From Candidatus Velthaea sp. (GTDB lineage: Bacteria; Vulcanimicrobiota; Vulcanimicrobiia; Vulcanimicrobiales; Vulcanimicrobiaceae): 64,000 nt of DNA. Made by a program: the position numbers and the translations under genes. Of this stretch, positions 9,113-19,310 are shown piece by piece. The stretch is from NCBI GenBank assembly GCA_050012475.1, contig JBEKHC010000007.1, positions 1 through 64,000 on the forward strand. Reading direction: 5' to 3'. How positions within the stretch are numbered: position 1 is the stretch's first letter; each line of letters begins with the position of its first letter. Under the pieces are notes generated by a model. The model worked only from the letters and a program-made list of their open reading frames with translations, did no database searches and was not told the origin of the DNA.

Positions 9113-10729
9113 TCAGTAATCCCGCCACAACATCGCCGCGATCGTGCCTTCGTCCTGGAAGACATTCGTGACGTCGGGAATTCCCGTGATGGGCACGTCG
9201 TTGACGACGAGCTCAAAGGTCAGGTGCCGCCCGCGCTTTGTGGTGACATACCCCCCGAGCGCCTGTGCTTTGAGCACGATGGTCTTGCCGACCGAGTCGA
9301 TGAACGTTCCTGTCTTGGCGTGAACGTTTCCCATCGCACCGGCGAGAGTCGGGTCCGACTCGAAGTCCTTCACGAATGCGAGCGAACCGTCAACGCCCAG
9401 GATTGGAAGCGAATCATAGAACGCCGATGAGGCGCGACTGCGTTCGAGCACTTCGAGCATGCGTGTCACGGCGGCGTTCGTCGCGGTCGTGTAGCCGCCG
9501 CCGCTGCCGTCAACGAACGTGTATTCCCCGCTCGGAATGCCGTATTGCGACCAAAGCGTCCGACGTTCGATTGCAAGCGCGGCAAGGACGGTATCGACAT
9601 GGTGCGCGAGCCCAAACAGCATCAGGGTCGTGTCCGCACCAATGTTGTAACTGATCTTCATCACGAGCTTCGCGTCGTCTGCGTATGGCAAGCCCTTGAG
9701 TTCCGTGAGTTCATCGGCTCGCCGATACGATTGTTTCGCTGGCAGCAGTTCAACGGGATTGACTGCGACGGCCGGTGCGTCGACCGACACGCCTGCGGCT
9801 GCCAGCTGCTCGATGAGCACGGTGCGCGCGTAGTTCGATGGCTGGACGATTCGCACGGCTTGCACGAGCGTGGGCTGCCCCGTCAGGGGCGGAACGAAGT
9901 TGCTGGGCAGGGAACCGGAGATTCTGGCTGTGCAGCCGGGTGATCCGATACAGGCTGGGAAGACCGGGTCGAGCGTTAGCGTGTTGCGCGAATTCGCGGC
10001 ACCGGTTCGGAGCTGGTTGTCGATCTCGAGCGCGGCAGAATGGGGGCGCCAGCCGACGTCCGCGCGCGCTCCCGACGCCCGGCCTGGAACGATCGACAGA
10101 TCGACGAGATCGTCGTTGACGAAAATCGGTCGAATGTTGAACTGGCCGCGAAAAGGAAAGGGCGGAAACAGCCGGTCGTCGATGATGACGTTGCCCGCGA
10201 TCCGTTTGATGCCGTACGCGCGCATGGCACTTGCGAGCCTCCGATAGCCGGCTAACGGATCTGGGTCGGTCAGTATCGCGTTGCCTAAACCGTCGGCCTC
10301 ATTGTGGTCCCAGTTGCTGATCGCGATGGATCCGTCCGGGTTGGTGCGTCCGCCCATCGTCAAATCACCCGACGCCACCAGGATCAGATTGCCGTGCAAG
10401 GTGCCGTTGGTGATCGCACCCGTGCGGTACACCGGCGTGTCGTACGTGTGCCCCGGGCCGATGGTATTGAGCAGCTCGCCGACGCTGAACACTTTGCGCA
10501 CCGAACCGATCAGGAACGGGTGCTCGGAGTTCAAGTCCACCAGCGTTCGCGATCCGTCCCGGACGCGAAGTCCCCACGTTGCCTTTGCATACGCCGGCTT
10601 GTCAAAAACGGCTCGGATATCCACGGGAACGGTCGACCAGAACGGTGTCGCCGTCCGGGCGATGGCGGGCGTTGCCCCGCCGAGACTCGCAATAACGGAA
10701 AAGGCCAGGAAGCGAAAGACCCTCTGCAT
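9113..10729 (-). CDS. dacB: D-alanyl-D-alanine carboxypeptidase/endopeptidase (peptidase S13, PBP4)
   Basis: Signal peptide MQRVFRFLAFSVIASLGGATPAIA. SVRK (SxxK), SYN (SxN), DGSG and HAKTGT motifs. Confidence 0.9.
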   Translation of the reverse strand: MQRVFRFLAFSVIASLGGATPAIARTATPFWSTVPVDIRAVFDKPAYAKATWGLRVRDGSRTLVDLNSEHPFLIGSVRKVFSVGELLNTIGPGHTYDTPVYRTGAITNGTLHGNLILVASGDLTMGGRTNPDGSIAISNWDHNEADGLGNAILTDPDPLAGYRRLASAMRAYGIKRIAGNVIIDDRLFPPFPFRGQFNIRPIFVNDDLVDLSIVPGRASGARADVGWRPHSAALEIDNQLRTGAANSRNTLTLDPVFPACIGSPGCTARISGSLPSNFVPPLTGQPTLVQAVRIVQPSNYARTVLIEQLAAAGVSVDAPAVAVNPVELLPAKQSYRRADELTELKGLPYADDAKLVMKISYNIGADTTLMLFGLAHHVDTVLAALAIERRTLWSQYGIPSGEYTFVDGSGGGYTTATNAAVTRMLEVLERSRASSAFYDSLPILGVDGSLAFVKDFESDPTLAGAMGNVHAKTGTFIDSVGKTIVLKAQALGGYVTTKRGRHLTFELVVNDVPITGIPDVTNVFQDEGTIAAMLWRDY

Positions 10730-11334
10730 AACGCACGTCGCTTTCTCATGCTCATCGTCCGGTTTCACTCGACGGTTCGCGCCATCCGTCATGCGTCCTC
10801 GAACGAGCCGGAGTCGTGATTCGCCGACGGGTCGCGATCGTGCAGACTCCAAAGCGGCGTCGCATTGACGTCCGATGACGAGCTCCCTCGCGGAGGGCGT
10901 CGAGCGCTGCACCTAAGGAGTAGCTCCGAGCTACGGCACGCTCATTTGCAACGATGGTTTCGGGACACGCCTTCGTGATGTCGACATCCGTACCGCGGCC
11001 CGTGCCGCTGCGCTTCCGGCTTTGCTGAATTGAAGTCATTTCGCCCGGCGCCGCCTACCGGTCCCGGAAGACCGAGCGTTTCCAGCCTCAGGCATACGCG
11101 CCGCGCGCGTAGGAACGCTCCCTCTCTCACGAAGCTGCGCATGCTCTCCCGATCGCTCCGACGACTCCTGGGGGAGCGGCTTCATGGGGCGAAGGTCTTG
11201 TCCTAGGAACGCTGGTCCTGGGAACGATTCGTCGCTTTCGCTCGCTGACGCTACGGTGGTAGTGTCAGTCCCATAACGATCCGACGAAACGCACGTGCAC
11301 GACGCCGGTTGTCCTCGCGAAAACAGGAGCTAAT

Positions 11335-11675
11335 TTGGATATTCAGCGCGTTGGTTCGCAACATTCGATAAAGGTCCCGAAGATTATTTCGCCGGTACCG
11401 TTCGGATCGATCCGGTCTTTCCGCTCGTGGAACCGTCACGCCTCAGCGCCGGCTGGTTACCTTCGAACCGTGTGCGCGCTTCGCGCGGCACACGCATCCG
11501 CTGGCCAGCGGTTCATCGTCACGTCCGGCTGCAGGCGGGTGCAGCGCCGGGGCAGACGCACTGGCCCGGCGCGGCTTCCACGGCTGCGATGTCGTACATT
11601 GCAATTCAAGAGTCGCTCAACGGCCGCAACGTCGATTTGCTCGAAAAAGTCACGGACGAAGAATATAATGGCTGA
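11335..11675 (+). pseudogene. frameshifted cupin-domain protein
   Basis: Pieces across frames: MDIQRVGSQ / GPEDYFAGTVRIDPVF / VTFEPCAR / GQRFIVTSGCRRVQR / HWPGAASTAAMSYIAIQESLNGRNVDLLEKVTDEEY. CAGGAG RBS upstream. Confidence 0.8.
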
Positions 11676-11682
11676 GTCCACG

Positions 11683-11780
11683 ATGCCCGGCACTGGACTT
11701 CAAGGACCAGGTAACGTGCGCTTTGAGGAGCGGTCGCCTCCCGAGTCGTGCAAGCCACCCATGCCGTCATCCGGATAAAC
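11683..11780 (+). pseudogene. N-terminal remnant of a Zn-dependent alcohol dehydrogenase
   Basis: MPGTGLQGPGNVRFEERSPP, then shifted frame THAVIRI. This resembles the MDR-family start M....L.GPGDVRFEERPDP.I..PTDAVIR. Confidence 0.55.
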
Positions 11781-11898
11781 GATCGAATCGACGCGGCGTA
11801 CCGCGCGAAATACCGCGAGAGCGCATACCTCAGCCCGATGATCGCTGCCGGACCCCGCGCGGCGACCGTCGAGGTCGTACCAACGGAGATTTTGAAAC

Positions 11899-12219
11899 AT
11901 GACTGACAAGCCCACGGCCGCACGAAACTCCTTCGGCGACATCGCGCCCGCCTTAGCAATGTACACCGACGAAGTTCTCTTCGGTGATGTGTGTGAACGC
12001 ACTGGACTTTCGAAGCGCGACCGCAGCCTCGTGACCGTCGCCTGCCTGGTCTCGCTCTACCGCACCAATGAACTGCCGTTTCACTTAAAACGTGCGATCG
12101 AAAACGGCGTGACCAAAGATGAACTGATCGAAGCCATAACGCACCTCGCGTTTTACGCCGGGTGGCCTGCAGCGATGACGGCGGTGCAGGCGGCTCGTCG
12201 CGCGTTCGAGGAGATCTAA
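11899..12219 (+). CDS. carboxymuconolactone decarboxylase (CMD/AhpD-like) family protein
   Basis: DEVLFGDV.ER.GLSKRDRSLVTVA, ELPFHLKRAIENGVT..EL.EAITHLAFYAGWP. GGAG RBS. Confidence 0.92.
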   Translation: MTDKPTAARNSFGDIAPALAMYTDEVLFGDVCERTGLSKRDRSLVTVACLVSLYRTNELPFHLKRAIENGVTKDELIEAITHLAFYAGWPAAMTAVQAARRAFEEI

Positions 12220-12329
12220 GTGCGTCGGCGTCCTCGGCAGCGCGAATGTCGGAAAGACGTTCGCACGAGCATTCCGCTCCCGCGGACACCACATGATGAT
12301 CGGTTCGCGCAAGCCTGCGAAGCTCGAGG

Positions 12330-12615
12330 AGTTTGTGCGCGAGCATCGCGGCATGCAGGCGGGTTCAACTTTGCTCCGAGCGCCTGGGCCTCGTGCGACG
12401 GCCGGCTGCTCCCGATAAAGCTAGGCTGGAAAATAGAGTACGATCTCTATCAGGCTCTGTTTTCATTGCTGGGCACTACCTTTGGCGGCGACGGAAAGAC
12501 GAATTTCGCGGTGCCCGACTTGCGCGGCGCAGTCGCACCATTGAAGTCGCTAACGTTTTCCAACGCAGCGGAATATTCTACAGGCGAATTTCCTCAAAGG
12601 CCTCCGGGTGCTTGA
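12330..12615 (+). pseudogene. phage tail-collar domain protein (short form) with disrupted N-terminus
   Basis: GFNFAPSAWASCDGRLLPI..YQALFSLLGTTFGGDGKTNFAVPDLRG..GEFP. The expected N-terminal F.GEIR segment is out of frame or degenerate. Confidence 0.7.
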
Positions 12616-13508
12616 GCGGGGATCGTCTCGGGCCGTGCGGCACGGGGTCGCCGGTTGCTGCGGCGTCTCGTTAAAGCCCGAGCGCGTCGCGGCTCCGTTT
12701 TGCTGGATTTTGATGCTGCCATGGGAAAGCGGTTGAAGGCGGCTAAGCCTGTCCGCTAGGCGCCTCTCCGGTTTCTTTCACTTAGCGCGATTCGGCCAAT
12801 AGGACTTCGGCGTAGGCCGCTAATGTTTTCGCGGCAGCTTCAACCAATAGTGCGAAAGTTCGGCCCCGACATCAGCTGACGTGAAGAGCAAGCGCGGGGA
12901 CATTGGTTGTTTTCCGAGTGCGACCGAAGCCGCCCGCACGTCCGATGTCAATTGCCGGACACGCCGGTCGATCCGCGCCAGGACTCGGCCGCGTCCGAAT
13001 CGGCGCCTCTCCCTTGTCGGCGATGATAGCATCCGGTGTTGGCGACGATGCGTCCGGCCTTGCGATGCGCCCGGTGTTGCGATGATAACGTCCGCCGTGA
13101 GGTCGGCCAATTTTGGCTTGCCGGGCCAGCGGCAACCGATCTCGTTGACCGGGCGGGGCGTGTTCGAGGACGCGTTGCGGTTGGTGCTCTCGGCGCAGCC
13201 CGTCGTCTGTCCAAGGAGATGTCCGCCGTAATCGCGTGTCAGCCGACCGCACGCCGCAAAGAACGAGCTTTCGTCAGGCAGTCACCGATTCGTAGTTGCG
13301 ACCTTGCGGGATCAAGCGCCTGCGGCTCGCTGGGCATACAAGCGTACGAGGGTTAGAGCCGTTTGGCAGTGCCGCCGTAAGACCTTTGATTCAAGGCCTC
13401 GACCGCGGTTCGACGCTAACTGAGGGGGGCGAATGGACACTCCGCAAGTTTGCTTGGCCACTCTTCAAACCGATGGCTTGGCGTAAGGCTCGACAGAGAT
13501 GGTGCAAA

Positions 13509-15338
13509 ATGAAAGCAGCGATCGCAAGCATCGTGAAAGCCGGAGGACTCTTCACCTGCAGTCTGTTGCTGCTTCTGGGCGGCTGCTCGGGCGGAAGCAG
13601 CACCAACTCGACGCTTCCGATCGCCCCTGCACCGTCGCCGGTTGGCGCGCAGACGCCCAAGCCGGGAAGCTCGCCCACGGCTGTGCCCAGCGTGAAACCG
13701 TCGGCAATCCCCAATCCGGTCGTTAGCCCAACGCCGACACCTGCCCCAACTCCGATCGGGTTCAATGATTACGTGACGTTCGGGTACGATAACCAGCGCG
13801 ATAGCTTCAATCCGAATTCGACGGCGATCACGTCGGCGAGCGTGGCCGCCATGCATCTTGTCTGGCAGTCCGCGTTGAGCGGTGACTTCGACACGCAGTC
13901 TCAACCGATTCTGGCGACGGAGATTCCCGGACACGCCGGCGTGCTGTTCGTCGCCGGCGGTTCAGGGAGAATTTACGCTTTCGATGCGTTGACTGGGAAG
14001 TCGATCTGGACGACGACCACCGGCCAGGCACACTACGCCTGCCCCGACAGCACCGGCGCGTTGAACAAGTTGTCCTCGTACGGCATCGGCGGCACCCTCG
14101 CATACGATGCCGCCTCGAAGTCGCTCTATGCGGTCGGGAATTACAGTCCCGGAACCACCGCGTATGCAAGCAACATCTTATATCACATCGACGCGGCCAG
14201 CGGGACGGTCATCGGTCAGGTGAACTTCGCCCCGGCGCAAGTCAGTGCCGGAGAGTTTAACAATCACGCGCACACGTCAGTCGCGCTGAGCAACGGTACT
14301 GCGTATGTCGGCATCGGCTCCGCGTGCGACGTTTCATCGTGGCGCGGAAGCGTCGTCGCCATCAGCGTTCCGTCGATGGCCGTTATCGGCACGTTCTTGA
14401 CCCTTTGGGACCCGAATAACACCAGAGGGCAGGGCGCGCAACCGTGGAGCGGTGGCGGCGTCTGGGGTTGGGGCGGCGTGTCGCTCGATGCCGCGGGCAA
14501 CGTCTTTACCGGTGTAGGAAATGCGGACAACGGGACCAACGTCGGCACGATCCAGGCGCCGTTTACGTCCGCCCCTCAGGAATATAGCGGTTACGCAGAG
14601 ACGCTGCTGGAACTCGCGCCAAACCTTTCACAGGCAATCGCGAGCCATCATCCGATCGGGCTGGGTTTCTATAACAGCAGTACGGGAGCGATCGATCTCG
14701 ACGTGCAGGGCACGCCGGTGCTTTTCACGCCGACTGGCTGTGGCCCGATGGTTGCTCTGCAAGCGAAGTCTGGTGAATTATCAGTCTACAATGAGGGAAC
14801 GCTGAGCAATGGGCCGGCCGCGCAATATGTAATGGGGCCCGCCAATGGCGACGACAGCTATTTAGGTAATCCGGCATACTCGCCAGCTACGGGTTTGTTG
14901 TATGCCGACATTTCGTCGAGCACTGCTCCGACATTGCTCCCTCCGGGTCTCATCGCCATCAATCCGGGCTGCGGCAACCCTTCGACAGCTTGGCACGCGC
15001 AATTCGGAACGGATTCAAGCCTGGCTAGCGTGTCGCGGCCGGTCCCGGCGGCCAGCGCGGGCGGCGTCGTCTTCGCGGGTTCGACGAACGGCAACGGCGG
15101 GAGCGTCTGGGTCCTCGATGCTTCAACGGGTGCCGTTCTCAACAATGGAGCGCCGCTCTTGCAAACCAGCGGCTACCTGCGCATGCCGCCAACGCTCGAC
15201 GGCAAGTGGGTTTTCATCATCGACAACAGCGGCGATCTCTACGGCTTGACGATCGACCCAAGCTACGCGGCGATCCGCGCCCGGTATCGTGCACCAAGTC
15301 CGCTGCAGCAGTCGCGCTACGCGGGGTGGCGGAATTAG
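13509..15338 (+). CDS. lipoprotein with Pro-rich linker and PQQ-binding-like beta-propeller
   Basis: Lipobox LGGC-SGG and PTPTP linker. TFGYDNQR, IYAFDALTGKSIW, GGGVWGWGG, DLDV and VLDASTGAVL blade motifs. Confidence 0.85.
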   Translation: MKAAIASIVKAGGLFTCSLLLLLGGCSGGSSTNSTLPIAPAPSPVGAQTPKPGSSPTAVPSVKPSAIPNPVVSPTPTPAPTPIGFNDYVTFGYDNQRDSFNPNSTAITSASVAAMHLVWQSALSGDFDTQSQPILATEIPGHAGVLFVAGGSGRIYAFDALTGKSIWTTTTGQAHYACPDSTGALNKLSSYGIGGTLAYDAASKSLYAVGNYSPGTTAYASNILYHIDAASGTVIGQVNFAPAQVSAGEFNNHAHTSVALSNGTAYVGIGSACDVSSWRGSVVAISVPSMAVIGTFLTLWDPNNTRGQGAQPWSGGGVWGWGGVSLDAAGNVFTGVGNADNGTNVGTIQAPFTSAPQEYSGYAETLLELAPNLSQAIASHHPIGLGFYNSSTGAIDLDVQGTPVLFTPTGCGPMVALQAKSGELSVYNEGTLSNGPAAQYVMGPANGDDSYLGNPAYSPATGLLYADISSSTAPTLLPPGLIAINPGCGNPSTAWHAQFGTDSSLASVSRPVPAASAGGVVFAGSTNGNGGSVWVLDASTGAVLNNGAPLLQTSGYLRMPPTLDGKWVFIIDNSGDLYGLTIDPSYAAIRARYRAPSPLQQSRYAGWRN

Positions 15339-15819
15339 GCGTCGCCGTCGGTCGCAAGCGCGACCGCGCTCGACGAGCGGCGTGCGGCGCAGGTCGCGTT
15401 CAACGAGCGCGCGCCGTTGCGCCGTTCAATGCCGACGCGGCGGCGCTTCTTGCCGACTCACAGAGGACGTGATACATCGGCAACGCGCCGCTGCAGCCGG
15501 GCCGACACGCGCGATATTCTGAAATTAGAAGGTCGCAGCGACAGCCCGGATCACCGCGGGGCCGGATGCGCTCGCCGAGTCGCTTCGTTCGCGCAACCTG
15601 GACCATGCGCGGTAGATTCCTGGCCGGATGAGTCGCGCGACAGACCTGACGAAGGTGCTGCGACCGCGCCCACGAGCGCGAAGCCAGCGCGAGGCCCGGG
15701 CCTTCGCCGCGTGGCCTGTGCCCGTCGAAGGCGGCGCCCCGCGGAGTTTTCGCTTGCGCCCTCGCTGGTCGGCTGACGTCTCCGCTCCGCCTTTGCTCGC
15801 TCCCCGCTCGCTCCGTCCG

Positions 15820-16099
15820 CATAGGCCGGGCGCAAGGCCGGGCCTCGAGCGCCTCGATGCCCGTCTCGAGCCTGTCGAGTCGGGCGAAGCCCGCGCGCGT
15901 TTCTATCCGGAGTGCGTGTCTGCCCGGAGTGCGTGTCTGCGCGTACCTCGTCGACGTCCGTTTGAAGCCGGCCGACGTTGGCCGAGATTCTGTGCATCGC
16001 CGTCTCGAGTTTCCCGGCCTCTTCCGTAATGTGGTCGAGGCTCACGGCTGTCCGGTCGATCCAGTCGGCTCCGCCCTCGGCGGTCGGTTCCAGCGCCAA
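15820..16099 (-). pseudogene. degenerate small coiled-coil protein broken by a 17-bp tandem duplication/frameshift
   Basis: KLETAMHRISANVGRLQTDVDEVRAD continues in another frame as RIETRAGFARLDRLETGIEALEAR. CCGGAGTGCGTGTCTGC x2 at 15907-15940 lies at the junction. Confidence 0.45.
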
Positions 16100-16293
16100 A
16101 CGGGGCTAGATAAAGCCGTTGGACGCGCTTTTGGAACTAGTCAGCCGAGCCCCCGTCGACGCACTCTGGCGTCCGCGACGGCCCGAAAGCTGTCACATTT
16201 CTCAGGCCAGCCGCACTGCAAATCGTCTCGTCTCGATCAGATCGTCTTACTCGCCTGGGGGACGTGGTATCGGCCCATGATAGGATTGGTACA

Positions 16294-16749
16294 ATGCGAC
16301 GCGCGGCGCCGGCCGGATACGACGACGACTTCGCCCTGTGGGCCGAGGAGCAGGCCGTCGCGCTGCGCGAGGGGCGCTTCACCGAGCTCGACCTGCCCCA
16401 TTTGCTCGAGGAGGTCGACGACCTGTCAGGCAGCATTCGGCGCGAAATCCGCTCGCGGCTCAAGCAGATCACGGCGCACTTTTTGAAGTTCCAGTACCAG
16501 CCGGAACGCGCGAGCCCGTCTTGGGAGACCACGGTTCGCGTTCAATCCTCGGAGATCAACGACTTGCTCGAGGACTCGCCGTCGTTGCAACGCGAGATGC
16601 CTGAGTTCACAGCCACGGGTTATCGTCGCGGTCGCAAGCTGGCAAGTACGGAAACGGGCCTGCCGATCGCGACCTTCCCGCAAACGCCGACGCCCGAGTT
16701 CGCCCGCGTGCTGGCAGCAGCGTTAGCCGGCGACGACTTCGCGCCTTAG
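16294..16749 (+). CDS. DUF29 family protein
   Basis: YDDDFALWAEEQA..LR.GRF..LD..HL.EEV, H.LK.QYQP, SW..T, LLEDSPSL, ETGLP..TFP. Preceded by TGa-TAGGAT 7 nt before ATG, so probably leaderless. Confidence 0.9.
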   Translation: MRRAAPAGYDDDFALWAEEQAVALREGRFTELDLPHLLEEVDDLSGSIRREIRSRLKQITAHFLKFQYQPERASPSWETTVRVQSSEINDLLEDSPSLQREMPEFTATGYRRGRKLASTETGLPIATFPQTPTPEFARVLAAALAGDDFAP

Positions 16750-17239
16750 TCGCCCTCGATTTCGGCCCACATCCGGCGCCAATCTGCAAGCTGTATCTGA
16801 TACGCGGAAATCGATTCGAGTACATCATGCTCGGCAATCAGCTGAGGTCTACGTTCAATGCCGAGAGCTTTGCGCAGAAATGGTAGGCGCAATGAGCCCG
16901 CGGAGATGGCGAGTACACGAGCACTTCGACGCGTTCCCGACCATGGCGTTCGAGTAAATCGCAAAGACCGAATGGCGCTCGTAGCGCGAGCGCGCCTCGT
17001 TCAGCCTGCAATCCCTGCGCAAATTCCCGACAAGCTGGGCCAGCAACTGCAACGTGGGCAACGATCGAGCGAACCCCCATAGTGCGGCTCCGAATCTGCC
17101 ACTAGGTCTAGCTTGTCGGCTAAACACCTTGCCGTCGGCGACAGCCGACCATGGAACCACCCGCGGATATTGAACGGCGCCGACGTCGCTGGCACATGCG
17201 CAGGCAGCCTGGGGTCGAGCGCTCATCTGTCTTTGGCGG

Positions 17240-17947
17240 CTATTGACTCGCGCGCTCTTCGGCTGCGTGGAACAGGTGCAAACCGACGAGCCGAGCCAGT
17301 AGGGTCGCGGGAAACATTTGTCCGAGGACGCCTTCGAAGTTGGCGGCCGCGCGCGCCAGCGGATGCAGCGGCACAACATCGCCGAACGTAGTCGACGTCA
17401 GAGTCGATAAACTGAAATAGAGCAGCGTCCCGAACGGCGGACGCGGTGGGCCCGAGAGTGCCCCGGGAAAGAAGATTTCGAGTTCCGAATAGACTTGCGC
17501 GAACACCAGCGCGATGTCCAGATATAAGACCACGGCGCCCTGGATACGATGGACCGTAACGCGGCCCGGACCGAAGACGGCGTTCAGGATCACCCACGCG
17601 ATCGCGATGCCGAAGCAAAAGTTTATCACCGCGAGTAGCGGGAGCACCGCGCCTGATGCAGACAGTCGTAGCGCATTGGTAGCCGCCGCGAGCATTGCGA
17701 CCGCGACGACCGTCGTTCGTGCCGCGCCGGCGTCCGCGACAAAGAACGCCGCGATCAGGCCCAGCGCGAGTTGAAAGATCTGCGCTACGCTCCCGGCGAC
17801 GACGTGCATTTCGCTGAGCGGCCGCAACACAAACATCGCGAAGACCTGCATTATAAGCGTGACGGTTAGCGCACGATCGCGCCGCCGCTCCCGACGTGCG
17901 ATATCGGCGTCGGTGGCTGGCGTGTTGCCGTTCGGCCCGGCACTCAT
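17240..17947 (-). CDS. potassium-channel-family (two-TM pore, Ion_trans_2) membrane protein
   Basis: Several TM helices, then LLYFSLSTLTSTTFGDVVPLHPLAR..ANFEGVLGQMFPATLLARLV. Confidence 0.88.
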   Translation of the reverse strand: MSAGPNGNTPATDADIARRERRRDRALTVTLIMQVFAMFVLRPLSEMHVVAGSVAQIFQLALGLIAAFFVADAGAARTTVVAVAMLAAATNALRLSASGAVLPLLAVINFCFGIAIAWVILNAVFGPGRVTVHRIQGAVVLYLDIALVFAQVYSELEIFFPGALSGPPRPPFGTLLYFSLSTLTSTTFGDVVPLHPLARAAANFEGVLGQMFPATLLARLVGLHLFHAAEERASQ

Positions 17948-18545
17948 TGGAACCTGAACATTGCTGTCATGTCGGGAACGATTGCGCTATGGTGCATAAC
18001 GTCCACTTCGTGCCCAGAAGACCTGTGAAGATCGGTCGTCAGGCCCGCCAATTCTCACCACGGGCACGAATGCGCTTTCGAGCACCTAGTGAGATTCTGG
18101 CTTGGCGCCTCGACGGGGGCTTGCCCGAATAAGTTAGGAGTGTTGCGCTTGCGCGGCTTGTAGCCGTAGGTCATCGGCTGATCCTTCGGCGGGTAGGCGT
18201 CGTCGACGCAGGTCGGCGGCCTAGTGGCGAGCGCGTTCTCGGCTTTATCGGAGGACGGGATCGAGCAGCGCGCGCCGTTTGTTCGATTGACGACGCGGTG
18301 TGACGTCCTCACCAGCCGCGCCGTTGCGATATGAAGTTCGGCGATATGAAGCCAAGCGTCTCGCCCTCCAAGTTGCGGAACGCCGGTGCGTAGAAATCTT
18401 CTGGCACTCGAAGACGCGATCCACGCGTTCGAGTGCGAAGTGAATAAGGCGCAAGCGCGTCGCACTACACCGCCGGCGGCTCACGCGGATTCGCTGATCC
18501 CCGTTGATGGGGAGGAATCGGAAGCTTTCTGAGGGCCTTTTAATG

Positions 18546-18569
18546 AAAAAACCCTTACCGAATAAGGGT
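18546..18569 (-). terminator. intrinsic terminator of the tRNA transcript
   Basis: Stem ACCCTTA/TAAGGGT followed on the minus strand by a T-run, 5 nt past the tRNA-Glu CCA. Confidence 0.75.
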
Positions 18570-18574
18570 CTTCT

Positions 18575-18650
18575 TGGTAGCCCCAACGGGATTCGAACCC
18601 GTGTTACCGCCGTGAGAGGGCGGCGTCCTAGGCCTCTAGACGATAGGGCC
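18575..18650 (-). tRNA. tRNA-Glu (anticodon CTC), CCA encoded
   Basis: Minus strand GGCCCTATCGTCTAGAGGCCTAGGACGCCGCCCTCTCACGGCGGTAACACGGGTTCGAATCCCGTTGGGGCTACCA folds into a cloverleaf. Confidence 0.96.
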
Positions 18651-18656
18651 GTAGTG

Positions 18657-18727
18657 CTCCCGGGCAGAGACTCGAACTCCGATAAACGGCTTCAGAGGCC
18701 GCTGTCCTACCATTGGACGACCCGGGA
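18657..18727 (-). tRNA. tRNA-Gln (anticodon CTG), full CCA not encoded
   Basis: Minus strand TCCCGGGTCGTCCAATGGTAGGACAGCGGCCTCTGAAGCCGTTTATCGGAGTTCGAGTCTCTGCCCGGGAG. U1-A72 pair, TTCGA loop, 6 nt from tRNA-Glu. Confidence 0.95.
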
Positions 18728-19303
18728 ACGCCTATGATTCTTGGCACCGAAAGTTTCGGTCTGGCTGTGACAGTTCGGACACAGCATCCGAAGATTCTCA
18801 AGACGGTGATCGTCCCGGATGCCGTTGCGGTGATCGATTTGGATGGATAGCGGTTTACCCCTCCACTCCGTGAGGCCGCAGTCGTCGCATGCATTGATGA
18901 GTATACCAGCCTGGATCAAGCGACGCTTGATCGTCGTGCGCGACCGTGAGGTGGCAAGCACTTTGTTGATCGGCGTGAGGCGGCCGCGAGCCACCAATTC
19001 GCCGCGCTGAACGGCCTTCGTCCAGGAGGCGGGCGCAAATCGAAAGCGGTCCCGGCACTCCCGGTACGAGTGGCCCTCATCGTAGTAGCGCTGCACGTCG
19101 GCCCAGTCGTATCTGCGCCGGCGATCGGCAAAGGTTTCGCCGTCTCGCGGCACACGGAGCTCACCGCGGTTCAAGGCCTTGATCCAAGCGGTGTGCGAAA
19201 ACCCAAAAGCCTTGCAACAGGCGACGAACCGATGGCCCTCGTCGACGAACCGTTGGACAGCGGCCCAATCGTAGCGGCCACGTCGCTTGCACTGCTCTTC
19301 CAT
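18707..19303 (-). CDS. HNH endonuclease with two tandem N-terminal helical (HTH-like) repeats; 3' end overlaps tRNA-Gln
   Basis: Repeats RYDWAAVQRFVDEGH..CCKAFGF..AW.KALNRGEL and RYDWADVQRYYDEGH..CRDRFRF..SW.KAVQRGEL. CDDC..IQIDHRNGIRDDHRLENLRMLCPNCH follows. Confidence 0.92.
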   Translation of the reverse strand: MEEQCKRRGRYDWAAVQRFVDEGHRFVACCKAFGFSHTAWIKALNRGELRVPRDGETFADRRRRYDWADVQRYYDEGHSYRECRDRFRFAPASWTKAVQRGELVARGRLTPINKVLATSRSRTTIKRRLIQAGILINACDDCGLTEWRGKPLSIQIDHRNGIRDDHRLENLRMLCPNCHSQTETFGAKNHRRSRVVQW

Positions 19304-19310
19304 CCGACCA

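Noticed and set aside
10913..11010. yybP-ykoY manganese riboswitch (GGAGTAGC...)
   Set aside because: The 3' GAGACC element is missing and no transporter gene follows.
12620..13500. Coding region between the tail-collar remnant and the beta-propeller gene
   Set aside because: No frame gives recognisable motifs or a credible RBS, so it is left unannotated.
18180..18530. Integrase remnant next to tRNA-Glu
   Set aside because: Only a vague resemblance (FLRTGVP..H), with no HxLRH or LGH motif in any single frame.
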